Positions 44,230 through 60,848 of a stretch of 64,000 nt of DNA are shown here, piece by piece. The notes under the pieces are model-generated. The model was not told where the DNA came from, made no database searches, and saw nothing but the letters and a program-made list of their open reading frames with translations. Location of the stretch: assembly GCF_009914755.1 (NCBI RefSeq), contig NC_060939.1; one strand, 5' to 3'. The position numbers and the translations under genes are program-made. Each line of letters begins with the position of its first letter. Position 1 is the stretch's first letter. The stretch is from the human T2T-CHM13v2.0 reference genome, Homo sapiens.

Positions 44230-44450
44230 CATTTTTTACAGCTTTAATGCAGTATAGTTTACATACCATAACATTTATCCACTATAAATATACAAGTCCA
44301 TAGTTCTCAGTAAATTTACAGAGTTGTGCATCCATCACCACAAAATCCAGTTGTGGAACATTTCCATCATCTTTAAAAAGATCCCTCTTGTCCAGTTGCA
44401 GTCAATCCCTGTTACCAAACCCAAGCAACCGCTAATCTACTCCTCTTACC
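44230..44450 (-). mobile_element. L1MB-like 3'UTR fragment
   Basis: tttacagagttgtgcatccatcaccac. Confidence 0.6.
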
Positions 44451-46247
44451 CCTTTCTCTTCTTATAAAATCTACTTGAAGCATTAAAAAGTATAGATTTC
44501 TGGCCCTTAAGCACATCCTCTCTTACTGCTGGTTAGTGGGCTTCAGCACCCTGAAAACATAATCATTGGAACCATGTAATGAGTAAAAATGCCTCTGCTG
44601 GTTTTCATCTTCAAGATACATGAAACAGAAAGAAGCCTGGCCCCCTTTTAGGTTTCGACATTTTTAATAATTTTCAATGATGGGCATTAAAAATGTAAAT
44701 TTAGAAAAATCTATTATTACCAGTGTGAATGAATTAACTCCAAGAAGTGACATTTTCTTCCCCAGCCAGAAAATGGTATAATTAAAAAAATTTTTTTTTA
44801 TTAACAGACCAAAAGAACTCAAAGTATTTTTGTTGCACTTGGCATTTAAGTAAAATATAAATGAATTCTATTTGTTGAACTGCCAGTTAATAAATCGCTA
44901 GTCTGCAAAATGGCCAAAATTAGGCCCAGAATCTGAGCATATAAACTCAAGGTAACCATAAATTGTAAAGAAGTTTTCTGATCAAGCACTCCCCTAGGGT
45001 GCAAACAATGGGCAACAATTTCAGCAAAGCTGTGGGCAGGAATGATCAGCCAGTGGGTATACAAATTTCACAGTGTTTGCCTGCCTACTGACTCAACTGA
45101 TTATTAAGTCAAAAATGCTTTGTGTTGTATTTTATAGTCTCACCCAGAATAACTTTTCACATAACAATTAATTAAAAAATAGAACTCTCTATGAAATAAA
45201 ACATGGAAGTGAAAAAATAGATCATAATCACAGTGTCTGTGGTAGCTCTCCATAATTAGTAAGCAGAAGCCTGGAAGATACCTGAATCAGTTCACATTCC
45301 AAAGCTGTTCAGCTTTTCACATAAAATGCAGTATAATCGTGTATGTATACATGGTGTCCTATTATATAATGTAATAAAAATCCATCTCATAGTATTTTAC
45401 TCATTTATAATCACTTGTGATGTATAACTTACATCCATCAATTTCATACTTGATGAAATTGTGAATGAAATAGTGAATAAAGAGCATTTGCCTCAAGTCA
45501 GCCATATCTATAAAACCAAATTAACCTTACAAATTCTTGTAATGCAGAGCTGCTACAATTACCAGAATGAAAGACTTTTCTTAGCTAAAGGAATTTCAGA
45601 CATGAGCTAGCAGGTGGGGAGTGGAGTTTATGCAGAAGAATTCCTCAAATAACAAGACCAACTCAACTGGCCCTAAAAGTAAATCCTGGTGATTTACTTT
45701 CTTCCACAGAATCTATGGGTAGAGAGACAGAGATTTTCTAATGTACCACCCCGGGCAATGTGCAGCAACAGCCCTAATCCTCTGTCCATTCCCCTAGAGA
45801 GGCTGCCTGAGAATACTGTGGCAACAGTGACAAGAGTAGGTGGATTAATGGTACACCCCTTTATCATAAGCTTCCTCCAGGACTTAAACTGTTCTGACCT
45901 AGTACGGGCCTGCTTGGCCAACCCCTAGCCTTCCAATCGGCCTTTAAGTAAGGTCTGACCTACTCCCTCTACATTTCCCCCTTCCCTTCTTGAGCATGAC
46001 GACTTCTTCTCCCTTATCCCCAGTCTCCCACTCCCATTCCCAAGTACCCAGATATGTGGTTTATATTTTAGCACTTTTGATGTATGTTAATTCACATTTA
46101 AAAATGTCTCAAAGAGTAAATATCTCCTATTTTAGAGGGCACTTTTGTCTCAGTATATTATTTCTAAATATACTTATAAGGTTTCTGACAGAAGTTTATC
46201 AGTCACTGTTTGCATCTCTTCATTACAGGTGGAACCAATTTACTAAC

Positions 46248-46389
46248 CATGGCTTCATTCTGCTGACACTATCTTCAATGTCCTGACGAATTTCATAAGT
46301 TGATTCTAAGCGGAAGAGGTTAAAGTTCCTTAGCAGGTAGTCATGAAGAGTCAAAAACTGCAAATTCAATTTGGGAAGAGCAAGACAAC
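46248..46389 (-). CDS. AQR: AQR coding exon 6/21 (~aa 448-495, [11 protein letters not shown]...RMKPW)
   Basis: 142 nt, cag/GT...TG/gttagt, phase 1-2. Confidence 0.96.
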
Positions 46390-46419
46390 CTGAAAAGGAA
46401 AAAAACATCCATATTTCAA

Positions 46420-46699
46420 TTTTTTTTTTTTTTTGAGACGGAGTCTCACTCTGTCACCTGCACAATCTCGTCTCACTGCAACCTCCGCCTCCCAGATTCA
46501 AGCCATTCTCCTGCCTCAGCCTCCTGAGTAGCTGGGATTACAGGCACCTGCCACCATGCCTGGCTAATTTTTTGTGTTTTTAGTAGAGACAGGGTTTCAC
46601 TATGTTGGCCAGGCTGGTCTCGAACTCCTGACCTTGTGATCTGCCCACCTTGGCCTCCCAAAGTGCTGAGATTACAGGCGTGAGCCACCGCACCCGGCC
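46420..46699 (-). mobile_element. Alu (S-type, internal deletion)
   Basis: T15 followed by reverse Alu; 30 nt from the exon-6 acceptor. Confidence 0.95.
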
Positions 46700-46873
46700 T
46701 GAATTATTCTTTTAATCAGATATTTGTTCTCTGTATTAAAAAACTGGCACCTCAAAACTATAAGAATCTAATGAATGCCTGAAATGCAGCATATCTGATA
46801 ACAACTTATTTTTGTTTTCACACAGATGTTAAAACCAGATTAATAAATGTTGGCTATTAAGAATTAGGGGTGA

Positions 46874-47173
<300 letters not shown>

Positions 47174-47779
47174 GAGAGAGAATTGGGGTGAAGGATGAGT
47201 TTTATTAATACATGTAATCTGCATATGAGTGATCTGTATGTAAACAGTACTCCTTCAAAGTATTTAAAGATACTTGTACTAACAGTCTCAAGTAGTTTAA
47301 AACTTCTTCCCTTATCACCTAATTTATATTTGGCAAAATACTGAAGTGAATAATGTTACCATAAATTTAGCCCATGACAAAATTTAGCATGAACACTGAA
47401 TTATTATGTTACATTGCATAAATCAATCTCCAATGATTATTATTGTGCTCTGAACTTGCCTTCTGGCTAAACTTTAAGGACCAGACATTGTTTGTATGTT
47501 ATTCCAGACTCCCCCTTTTCATTATTCTCACTTAACACTATTTCTCTTAGACAATAAGTGACCACTGAGCTGCAATATCAAAAAGGTTTTAAAAAATCCC
47601 AGAACACATTTTACTGATAAGTCATAGTCTCATCATTGTTGTCCATACTACCAAAAAAAAAAATAAACTTAAATACAACAAACATTGATGTACAAAAATT
47701 TAACATTATTTATATTAGTAAACTCTGACTTGTAATCTAACTCAATTTCTTTCAATAGCACATTTTTATTTAAAAAAAT

Positions 47780-48330
47780 GACAACTAAAATGTCACCACT
47801 TTGCAACACTCACTGAATTAACAAATCTAGGTGTTAAATATCTATAGCTACTAATAGCACAAAAAAAGAGACAAGTAGATAGTATGTGCCTCCTGATGAA
47901 AGAACACACCACCACCAAGAATCTTGCCAAGGATAACCTTAGCCTGATCAAGCCTCTGCACAAGGTGGTACTAATTTGCAAGAAAAATAAAGAACAGAGG
48001 AACATGCTGCAATATACCATGAGTATTCAATCAGAAAAATCTATAGACTACGGGAACTCTATGATCAAACAACTCAAGTTCTTCAGCAGAACAAAAAAAA
48101 AAAAAAAAAAAGAAAGAAAGAAAAAAAGGGATGTATAGAAGGTACCAGTAAAGTAAAAGACATTTTTTTAATGAAACCTTGTAACCACCTTGTCAGCTAT
48201 CCCAGAATACTCCTATGTGCCCTTTCCTGGTTACAGCTTCTTCCCTTTACCCGAAAGTAACTATTTTCTGACTTTTATAGCAATCGCTATCTTGAATTTC
48301 TTTATAGTTTTATCATCCAGGTGTGCATCC
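47780..48330. mobile_element. Old L1M 3'UTR fragments
   Basis: tgtcaccactttgcaac...gaattaacaaatctagg. Confidence 0.5.
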
Positions 48331-48910
48331 CTAGACATGAGAAAGCAACATATTAACCACTGTAAGAACATAAAAAGATATGAAGACTGCCTATGTTCTG
48401 AAATCTAGCACAATATTAGTGCACTGGGTCTATCGGAGTTATGGCTCTAGGATATGTCTTAGATTAACCATTTTAAGTAAATATACCAATACTTATACTT
48501 GTGATGTCTTTAAAACAGTCACATTTCTTCTACTAATGATGCCATTGTTCAAAAAAGTCCTGAAATTTCTTTTGAAATATACCTTCAAAGTATATCTGAA
48601 TGCACTTTTGCATATACTCAGTTGTGGCAAATTCTCATCCTCAGAGGATGCGTGAAAAGTGTTTAGATCCAAATCTGGGGAAATAAGTGAACAAACTAGG
48701 CAATACCATTTTGGATCAACACTAAGGGTTTACTATCAATAAATGATAATGTCTTTTTTTTGGTGATCATTACCTGCTTTACATAGAATTCAAAAGAGCC
48801 CCTAAGAAAAGCCTTTGAAAAACAAAAGCTCTATCAAACACAGCCTATCATAGTGACAAAATGAAAGCTATACTTCATGCATTATAAGGTCTCCTTGAAA
48901 ACAGTCTTAT

Positions 48911-49218
48911 GGTCAGCTGCAGTGGTTCACACCTATAATCCCAGCACTTTGGGAGGCTGAGGTGGGCAGATCGCTTGAGCTCAGGAGTTCGAGATCAGCC
49001 TGAGCAACATGGCGAGACCTTGTCTCTACTAAAAAAAAAAAAAAAAAGCTGGGTGTGGTGGTGCACGCCTGTGGTCCCAGGTACTCGGGAGGCTGAAGTG
49101 GGAGGATCACTTGAGCCCAGAGACTGAGGCTGCAGTGAGCTGAGACTGCACCACTGCGCTCCAGCCTGGGTGACAGAGCAAGACCCTGTCTCACACTAAC
49201 AAACAAAAAAAACCAAAA
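48911..49218 (+). mobile_element. AluJ-like
   Basis: TSD aaaacagtctta. Confidence 0.93.
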
Positions 49219-49467
49219 CAGTCTTAGGGCTTTATGGTCGTATTTTTTACAGGGTGATATGTGTATAGTTAAATTTAATAAAAACCCTTAGTGCTAAAGC
49301 ATTCAAAATACTAAATCTTTTCTAGCTTCTAAAGTTAACTTCTGGGCACCAGGAAATTATCCTAATGTACAGAGTAGACTCAAGTACACTGCCTATAATT
49401 GCCAATTATATATGATAAATCTGAAATTGTTTCATTGTACAGCTGAATCCATACTTCTTTACCATAC

Positions 49468-49588
49468 CTTCTCCAGAATAGTACTCAGTTGGGACAATAT
49501 TTTCATCCCATATAATTTTCTCAGTTGGATACAAAGGCATCTGGTTCAACTGCTGAATCTGAGAAATTCGACGTTCATGACGAGATAC
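49468..49588 (-). CDS. AQR: AQR coding exon 5/21 (~aa 408-448, VSRHERR...YYSGE)
   Basis: 121 nt, tag/GTA...G/gtatgg, phase 0-1. Confidence 0.96.
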
Positions 49589-49754
49589 CTAAAATAAAGG
49601 AAACAAGTTCATGCAGAAGGTTAGAAGCATCTTTTTTCAATCAAAATAATTTATGGAAGAAGTTTCATGCCTATCAGTTATTGTAGCAGTTCAACAAGCG
49701 ATTTTTTTTTCTTTTCCTATTTTCTCCATAGATCAAAGATGAGAAACAAACCAA

Positions 49755-49990
49755 TGGTAATGGTCTTTGGAATCAGACAGACCTGAGTTCAAATCCCAGC
49801 TCCTCTACTTATGAGTACTGTAAAAGCTGGGCACGTTACTTTAACCTTCCTAACCTTAGTTTCCTTTTCACTAAAACAGATAAAGTGCCACACATCTCAA
49901 GTTTCCAATGAAATATGAAATAGTGTCAAAGTCCCTGGCACATGCCAAGGGTTTAAAAACCATGACACTTAGCATTAATCAATGTAGGAA
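49755..49990 (+). mobile_element. MIR
   Basis: ctttggaatcagacagacctgagttcaaatcccagctc. Confidence 0.8.
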
Positions 49991-50167
49991 AAAATAGGAG
50001 CTCTAGGTTTTGGACTATAGTTTTCATTCTTATACTAACTAGCTATACCATCTGGGAAAGTTTATTAATCTATCACCCTAGTCTTCTCACTCTATGTTCC
50101 TTTCCATGATGACCTCTGTGTACCCTTAATATTAATAATCTATCTCAAATATGAAAATAAGTGTTAC

Positions 50168-50487
<320 letters not shown>

Positions 50488-50825
50488 TTATCTAATAATG
50501 CTAAAATGACATATTCTTAAAATGTATCACATTCTCTTCAGTGAAGATAGTATAATTATAGAAAAAATCATGATATCTAAACAATATGTATGTTTTAACT
50601 TTTTGATCATAAATTGAATAGTAGAAGAATCCAAAGCCTGGGGAAATCCTTTAGGGAAGGGAGGAAACAAAACATAATGTTGTAGCACTATACATTTTAA
50701 AAATTATTTTCTTTTGTTGGAACTATTTAAATTTTAGGAATAAAATTCTAGCCACAAGACCTTAATAGGCACAGGATCAACGTTATCCTCAAACTTATTT
50801 TCCATTAGAAGAATTCCTGAAAACA

Positions 50826-51172
<347 letters not shown>

Positions 51173-51541
51173 TCATTTCTTTCTATTGCAAAGAGTTATT
51201 ATTAATTCCAAAAACCTTACTCATGAGAGGTTTTACATTGTCAGAAAATAGCACAGGAATTTTTAGGAACTGAAAGAGACAATGAAAGTGATTTGCATAT
51301 AAATAGTTGCTAATAGAATGATTCATCCAGAAAGTAGTTCGAAGAGATAAAATACTTGAGTAAAGAAATTCGAAAGATGAGAAAACAAAAAATCAAATGA
51401 TAATACAATTCCAAAAACAAAATGGGAATTATCTGCCTAATCTTTGGCCCACAAAAAAATCTATATGAACCTACATCTTTAAGAATGACTTTAAAAGGCA
51501 AGGAAAACCACATGCAAAATTCAGAGAACATTAATATTTAC

Positions 51542-51644
51542 CAGCAATTCTAGAAGAAATTCTTTATCAAAAGTTGTGTCTTCATTTTTAGGAAGAGTTG
51601 GCAACAAGCAGAGGTATGATGCCACCTGGTGGAGTGTGTTTGAA
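51542..51644 (-). CDS. AQR: AQR coding exon 4/21 (~aa 373-407, SNTLHQVA...LLELL)
   Basis: 103 nt, cag/T...CTG/gtaaat, phase 2-0. Confidence 0.96.
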
Positions 51645-51886
51645 CTGCAGAATAGAGAACAATATTTTATTCATAGTAACTTACTTCACTTCACTTTTGA
51701 AACATGTATTTTTACAAATAGCTTAAAAAAGCAAATATAATACTATGACATGGGCAGCAAATATCAAAAACCAGCAATGAAAATTAAGGCTTTAGTGCAG
51801 GGTTCTCAAAATATTTTCTGCAAACCTCTCATTGTACCCAAGATCCTTCTGGGCAGTCCCCAAGAACACTTTTAAATATTAATACC

Positions 51887-52254
<368 letters not shown>

Positions 52255-52364
52255 TTAATACTATTAAATTTGGACTCGAGTACCTGTTTTATTTTAAATT
52301 CTGTGACAAAATGGGAAGTACATATTTTGCACACAACTTTTACTTTAAAAAACAACAAACTGTT

Positions 52365-52715
<351 letters not shown>

Positions 52716-52817
52716 TCAAATTTTGAATGAAATAAGACTATAATTTCAAGGAAAACAACTATCAGTATTTGCTGTCAATGATAAAATTTGAACTTCCATG
52801 TGAACGTGAAAAATTAG

Positions 52818-53322
<505 letters not shown>

Positions 53323-53756
53323 TAGGTAGGTAGCCTTTTGAATGGCTGCTTTTACTTAGCATAATGCATTTGAGCATTTGAGATTCACCCACACTGTATA
53401 TTTATCTGTAGTTGGTTCCTTTACGTTGCTGAGCAGTATTTCATGATACGGCTGTATCACAGTATGTTTATTCATTCAACAGTTGTGGGATATTTGTGTA
53501 GTCCAGTTTTTGACGATTTTGAATAAAGCAACTATATTCATTTTTGTACATATTTTTGTGTGAACATAAGTTTTCACTTTTCTTGAATATATCTGTAAGT
53601 GGAAAATACTGGATCATAATGTTAAGTTCATGTTTACCTTTATAAGAAACTCAAATTTTTCCAAAGTGGCTATCCCACTTTGAATTCCCACCAGCAATTA
53701 TGAGAATTCCAATTGCTCCACATCCTTGCCAAGAGTCAATATTATCCGTTTTGGGG

Positions 53757-54017
53757 TTGTTTTTTGTTTTTTTGGTTTTGTTGAGACAGGGTCTTACTCT
53801 GTCATCCAGGCTGAAGTACAGTGGCAAGATATAGCTCACTGCGGCCTCGATCTCCTGGGCTCAAGCAATCCTCCTATCTCAGCCTCCTGAGTAGCTGGGA
53901 TTACAAGCATGTGCCACCACGCCTGGCTAATTGTTTTGATTTTTAGTAGACAAGTCATCCTTCCACCTCAGCCTCCCAAAGTGCTGGAATCACAGACGTG
54001 AACCATTGTGCCTGGCC
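53757..54017 (-). mobile_element. AluJ-like with internal deletion
   Basis: Reverse Alu. Confidence 0.9.
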
Positions 54018-54199
54018 TTATCCATTAAAAAAAAAACAAATTCTAATAGGTATGTAGTATCTTCTTATGGTTTAAATTTGCATTTCCCCAATGACTAAAC
54101 ATGTTAAGCATCTTTCCATGGGCTTATTGACATCTATCTACCTACTTTGGTCAAGTGTCTGTTCAAATCTTTTGTCACCTGTAAATTGTTTTATTATTA

Positions 54200-54525
54200 T
54201 AGGAGTCCCCCCTTATCTGTGGTTTCACTTTCCCTAATATCAGTTACTCATGGTTGACCAGAGTCTGGAAATAGTTAAGTATAGTAGAATAAGATATCTT
54301 GAGAGAGAGACCACATTCGCATAACTTTTATTATAGTATATTGTTATAACTGTTCTCTTATTATTATTGTTGTTAATCTCTTACTGTGCCTACTTCATAG
54401 CTTTATCATAGGTTTTTACATTACATGTAAAAACACAGTATATATAGGGTTCAGTACAATCTACAGTTTCAGGCATCCACTGGGGTTCTGGAACACATCC
54501 CCTGCGGAAAGTAGGGGGCTGCTGT
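54200..54525. mobile_element. MER44A-like Tigger relic
   Basis: gtccccccttatc...gggggctgctgta terminal inverted repeats; gagagagagaccacatt core. Confidence 0.75.
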
Positions 54526-55603
54526 ATTGAGTTCTGAGATTTCTGGATTCTATTCCTTCATCAAATACCCATTTAGCCAATATTTTCTCCTAGGCTGTAG
54601 CGTGTTTTTTAATTCTCTTATCAATGTCTTTCAAAGAGCAGAAGTCTCTTAGTTTTGATCAAGTCCAATTCATCATTTTTTTTTCCATTATGGATTGTGC
54701 TTTGGTGTCTATAGAAATCTTTGCACAAACCCACGATCACAAAAATTTTCTCCCATACTTCCTAGAAGTTTTAATTTTGACATTTAGGTCTATAATCCGA
54801 TTTGAGTTAATTTATGTATATGATGCAAGGTATGGGTCAATGTTCATACTTTGCATATAGATATCTAATTGTTTCAGCACCATTGATGAAATCCTTTCTC
54901 TACTGAGTTGCCTTGACACATTAGTCAAAACTCAACTAACCATATAGGTATGGTCTATTTCTGGACTCTAATCTATTCCATTGATCTATACATCTATCCA
55001 TGTATCAATACCATAATGTCTTGATTACTATAGCTTTACTGCAAGTTTTGAAATTAGTAGAAATCTTCCAACTTTGTTCTGTTACAAAATGGTTTGGGTT
55101 ATTATAGTTCCTTTGCCTTTCCATGTTATTTTTAAAATAAGTTTGTCAATTTCTATAAAATATCCTGCTAGAATTATGATTGGAATTAAAATATATCTAT
55201 AGATTAATTTGGGAAGGATTCACACCTTGGGTCCTCTTATCCATAAGCAAGACCTAGCTTCTAATTTTTCAGATTAATTCATTTTAATTGTACAGACTTC
55301 CTTACATGGTTTCAGATTCTACTCTGAAACTAATTTTTAAAGAAACTACCACTTGTCAAGTTTTCATAGAGTATTAAAGAAGAACATTCCCAATTATTTG
55401 ATAAAGCTTATCAAAATACACTTCCCTCTGTGTAAGGCCAAATTTTCTTAATTTACTTCAACCAAAACAATATCTCACAACAAACTGAATCCAGAAGGAG
55501 ATCTGCAAATCTGTCTTCAATTAAATCAGTCACAAAAATGTAAAACAATGACACTCTTTTAATGGTGCATTTTTTTCATTTTGGAGAATATGTTTTTCAT
55601 TAG

Positions 55604-55974
<371 letters not shown>

Positions 55975-56149
55975 TAAAATCTTTCCAGTTTTTATTTCTA
56001 CTATAGTGAATATAATGAATATAATACACATAAATGTTCTTTGGGATCCTCAATAATTTTTAAGAGTGTAAAGGATGTCTATGGACAAAAATAAATACCC
56101 CAGATGAACTATGCAGCTAAGCTAAATGTAAAAAAAAAAAAAAAAGGCA

Positions 56150-56768
56150 ATAAAAGTATTTTTAAAATATAGGAAAACATTTTATAACCTTAGGGTGAGA
56201 AGGACTTCTACATAAAGCATCTAATATAGTTATTAAAAAGAATGACAGTTGTCATTAAAAAATTTAAAATATCTGTAATGACAAAAGATGTTACAAACAA
56301 AGTTAAACTGAAAGAAAATAAATGCAACACAAACTAGACAAAGGGATTAGGACCAAAAATATTAAAAGTTCTTTAAAATCAGTAAGATGACAAGCAATGA
56401 AATGCAAAATAGCAAAGGAAAATAAGAAGGTTACAGAAGAAATGTAAATGGCCAAGAAAAAAACAGAAAAATGCTTAATTTCCCAAATAAGATCAGGGAA
56501 ATGCAAAGTAAAATGAGATAAAAATAGAAAAAATTAAAATCCAATTTACCCAGCATTAGTAGGGAGAAAAATAAATCCTCATACGCTGTTAGTTTAAGTG
56601 TAAATTGATAGTCTTTTCTGAAGGAAATTTAGCAATATGTAACAAGTTTTAAACGCATGCCCCGTTTGAATCAGCCATTCTGCTTCTAGGAATCAGTACG
56701 AAAAGGATGCTCATTGCAGAACTGTTTGTAAAAGCCAAAACTTAAAAATTAAAGATTCACCAAAAGGA
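56150..56768 (+). mobile_element. L1ME-like fragment
   Basis: cagggaaatgcaaagtaaaa; cagccattctgcttctagga. Confidence 0.6.
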
Positions 56769-57077
<309 letters not shown>

Positions 57078-57096
57078 TTAACTTTTAAAAAAATAA

Positions 57097-57408
57097 GGCC
57101 GGGCGCGGTGGCTCATGCCTGTAATCCCGGCACTTTGAGAGGCTGAGGCGGGCAGATCACGAGGTCAGAGATCGAGACCATCTTGGCTAACACGGTGAAA
57201 CCCCGTCTCTACTAAAAATACAAAAAATTAGACGGGCGTGGTGGCGGGCGCCTGTAGTCCCAGCTACTCAGGAGGCTGAGGCAGGAGAATGGCGTGAACC
57301 CGGGAGGCGGAACTTGCAGTGAGCCACTGCAGTCTGGCCTGGGCGAAAGAGCGAGACTCCGTCTCAAAAAAATAAAATAAAATAAAAATAAATAAAAAAA
57401 TAAAAAAA
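57097..57408 (+). mobile_element. AluY-like with small deletion
   Basis: CpG-rich; gagccactgcag collapse. Confidence 0.95.
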
Positions 57409-57584
57409 TAGTATGCTGGTCCTGTTTAATGGAACTCTATGTAGTTATTTAAAATAATGAAATGAATCTATGTGTTATTAATTATATTAAATCCTCATAT
57501 GAGAATGAACAACCAAACCAACCTCAGTTTATTACATTTTAAATAGTCAAGGAACTAAACATAATTTATCCCAAGAGCTGGGAG

Positions 57585-57822
57585 ATGATACAGTATAGTA
57601 GTTAAAAGTTAGGGCTTGGAAATCACACTATCCGGGTTTAAATTGTATCTCTGCCACTTACTTGCTGTGTAACCTAGGCAAATTACTTAACTATTCTATG
57701 CCCCAGATACCTTATACGTAAAATGGTACCTACTTCTAGCATGAATGTTTTCAGAGTTGTTTACACACTTAACAGAACGTCTATCACATAGTAAATAAAT
57801 GTATGCCATTATTATTACTATT
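57585..57822 (+). mobile_element. MIR
   Basis: ctctgccacttacttgctgtgtaacctaggcaaattacttaac. Confidence 0.8.
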
Positions 57823-58244
57823 TTCAAAAGGATATATTAGCAGATAGCTAACTGCCAGAGGATATTACTAATTTTATAAATTTTAAACATGCAAAAATTT
57901 CCCTAAGTCACACCTCTAATATCACACATAATGAATCTTTATTGGTTTTTGTCATATGTCGTTTATGACTGATGAGATTGACCAGCTTTATATTCTACTC
58001 TGAGAAAAATTTCAGATCGAAGAAAATTGTATACGTCATAAAAAACAGAAACTTTACCAAACGTGGGTAAGTGACAAAGACACCAAACTGCTGGAGAGAA
58101 GCACTAGTTGTAGACGTCAACGAAGAGTGAAATAACAAGTAATATTATCTAAAGTACTGCAAAATGATTAAAAGCAATAAAGAAAAGTAAAATTGAGGGA
58201 GCATGATACAAAAAAAGAATATATAGTTTTTCATGTTGTCTTAC

Positions 58245-58348
58245 CTAAGAGGTCCAAAAAACTTGACCAAGGACTCCCGAGTATCTACTTCTGCCACATT
58301 TGAGAGGGCAAAATCATAGAGTTCAGGAAAATGTGCAAAAGCAGCTCT
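58245..58348 (-). CDS. AQR: AQR coding exon 3/21 (~aa 339-373, [10 protein letters not shown]...FGPLS)
   Basis: 104 nt, tag/AGA...AG/gtaaga, phase 0-2; absent from the ORF track, translated by hand. Confidence 0.96.
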
Positions 58349-58861
58349 CTAGAAAATAATGGCAAAAAATATTAATAATTAATGTCTACATATTAATATA
58401 AACATCTACTATTTAAGAATGAAAATATTTTATAAAAATATTAACGCATTTCTGTCTCTTATATGCTTCTTTTATGTGACCTCTACCTTAATCAGACAGA
58501 AGCATATAATAAAAAGAGAAAAAACTACAACTGTCATAACAGAAATGTAAAAAACATAAAGTTGGCGTTCAGCTTTTGACATCTAAAAGGATTTTCAATA
58601 TATACAAAATAGCCACAAAGGCTAGCTTTATTGACAGAAGAGGAGCAAAAAACAAATACACACTTGATTATCAAGAACTGGTCGAACAAGACTAAAAGAA
58701 AGTCCCAAGGGAAACTCTGGCTGCAGAGAACTTGGAAGGAGAGACCAAAAAACTTATGCTTGTGCCTTGCTTTTGTTTGGAACTCTGGGAAAAGACCTCA
58801 CAGGGTAGCACTCTCAACCAACATAGGGTAAGCTGTAAGAAAACAGAAATAGTAGTATTGC

Positions 58862-58942
58862 ACAGAGTGACTGAGATAATATCCCTAGTCTTCCTTGGGA
58901 TTTAACAACAGAGTGATTGAAATAATATCCCTGTCTTCCTTG
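58862..58942. repeat. Imperfect direct duplication, period 46 bp
   Basis: acagagtgaYtgaRataatatccct(a)gtcttccttg at 58862 and 58908. Confidence 0.85.
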
Positions 58943-59427
58943 ATGCCCACATGGCACAGAAAAGATCCGGAAGTTTTCATGTGTTCCATGGTGGATGACA
59001 CAGAAGGTTGCCAAGGTTGCCATGAGTGAGCTTGCCATGGGATTATGAGATTACTACACACAATGGCAAAATGACTCTGCAACCCAAGCATGAGAATGAA
59101 CTGTGTAAACAAGGAAATAAACAAGTCAGTCCTCAGGAGAATGCTAGCAGCATCAAGCAAAGTTAGGGCCTCCTCAACAGGGCAAATAGCCAAGTTCCTT
59201 GGAAGCAATAATGATGCCTTGCCTGTGTCAATACAATAGACCACATGCCACACCAGCTGTGGTTATTTCAAGGGCAGAGACAGGACAAAAACACTAATGC
59301 TCTGAAAAAAGCAGGAAAAGACATCTGCGTTAATCCTTCTTCCAAAACAATAAGGCTATTTTGGTGTCTCCACATACCTAGTAGGAAAGAAGAAAAACAG
59401 AGATTTTTTTTTTTCACTTTTTACACC

Positions 59428-60848
59428 ATTATTTATTTATTTTTTCTTCTAAAAAAAATGGGATACATGTGGAAATGTGCAGGTTTGTTACATAGGTATA
59501 CATGTGCCATGGTGGTTTGCTGCACCTATTGACCTGTCCTCTAAATTCCCTCCCCTCAACTCCCATCCCCGACAGGTACTGGTGTGTGTTGTTTCCTTCT
59601 CTGTGTCCATGTGTTCTCAATGTTCAACTCCTGCTTATGAGTGAGAACATGCGGTGTTTGGTTTTTTGTTCCTGTGTTAGTTTGCTGAGGATGATAACTT
59701 CCAGCTTCATCCGTGTCCCCGCAAAGGACATGATCTCATTCCTTTTGATGGCTGCATAGTATTCCATGGTGTATATGTGCCACATTTTCTTTATCCAGTC
59801 TATCGTTGATGGGTTGGTTCCATGTCTTTAATACTATAAATAGTGCTGCAATAAACATACATGTGCATGTGCCTGTATAGCAGAATGATTTATATTCTTT
59901 AGGGTATATACCCAGTAATGGGATTGCTGGGTCAAATGGTATTTCTCGTTCTAGATCCTTGAGGGATTGCCATACTGTCTTCCACAATGGTTGAACTAAT
60001 TTACACTCCCACCAACAATGTAAAAGCGTTCCTATTTCTCTGCAGCCTTGCCAGCATCTATTGTTTCCAGAGTTTTTAATAATTGCCATTCTGACTGGTG
60101 AGAGATGGTATGGTATCTCACTGTGGTTTTGACTTGCATTTCTCTGATGATGAGTGATGTTGAGTTTTTCTTCATATGTTCGTTGGCCACATAAATGTCT
60201 TCCTTTGAGAAGTGTCTGTTCATATCCGTTGCCCACTTTTTGATGGGGTTGTTTTTTTCTTGTAAATATGTTTAAGTTCCTTATAAATTCTGGATATTAG
60301 ACCTTTGTTAGATGGGTAGATTGAAAAAATTTTCTCCCATTCTGTAGGTTGCCTGTTTACTCTGATGATAGTTTCTTCTGCTGTGCAGAAGCTCTTTAGT
60401 TTAATTAGATCCCATTTGTCAATTTTTGCTTTTGTTGCAATTGCTTTTGGCTTTTTTGTCATAAAGCTTTTGCCCATGCCTATGTCCTGAATGGTATCGC
60501 CTAGGTTTTCTTCTAGGGTTTTTATGTTTTGGGTTTTACTTTTAAGTCTTTAATCCACCTTGAGTTAATTTTTGTATAAGCTGTAAGGAAGGGGTCCAGT
60601 TTCATTTTCTGCATGTGGCTAGCCTGTTTTCCCAGCACCATTTACTGAATAGGAGATCCTTTCCCCATTGCTTGTTTTTGTCAGGTTTGTCAAAGATCAG
60701 ATGGTTGCAGATGTGTGGTGTTATTTCTGACGTCTCTGTTCTGCTCCATTGGTCTATATGTCTGTTTTGGTACCAGTACCAAGCTGTTTTGGTTACTGTA
60801 GCCTTGTAGTATAGTTTGAAGTCAAGTAGCATGATGCCTCCAGCTTTG
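59428..60848 (-). mobile_element. 5'-truncated L1PA (PA7/8-like): ORF2 C-terminus and 3'UTR, sense to AQR
   Basis: Broken ORF2 peptides ([43 protein letters not shown]). Confidence 0.93.

Noticed and set aside
49583-49588. Exon 5 starts GTATCT, which resembles a U12 or recursive donor
   Set aside because: It lacks the full GTATCCTT consensus and the CTG/ context is weak; all 20 complete introns look like U2-type GT-AG
58885-59253. 122-aa minus-strand ORF
   Set aside because: No recognisable domain, splice context or coding character
59429-60832. ORFs resembling a retroelement protein (up to 166 aa)
   Set aside because: Frameshifted C-terminal pieces of ORF2 from a 5'-truncated L1PA; not an active element
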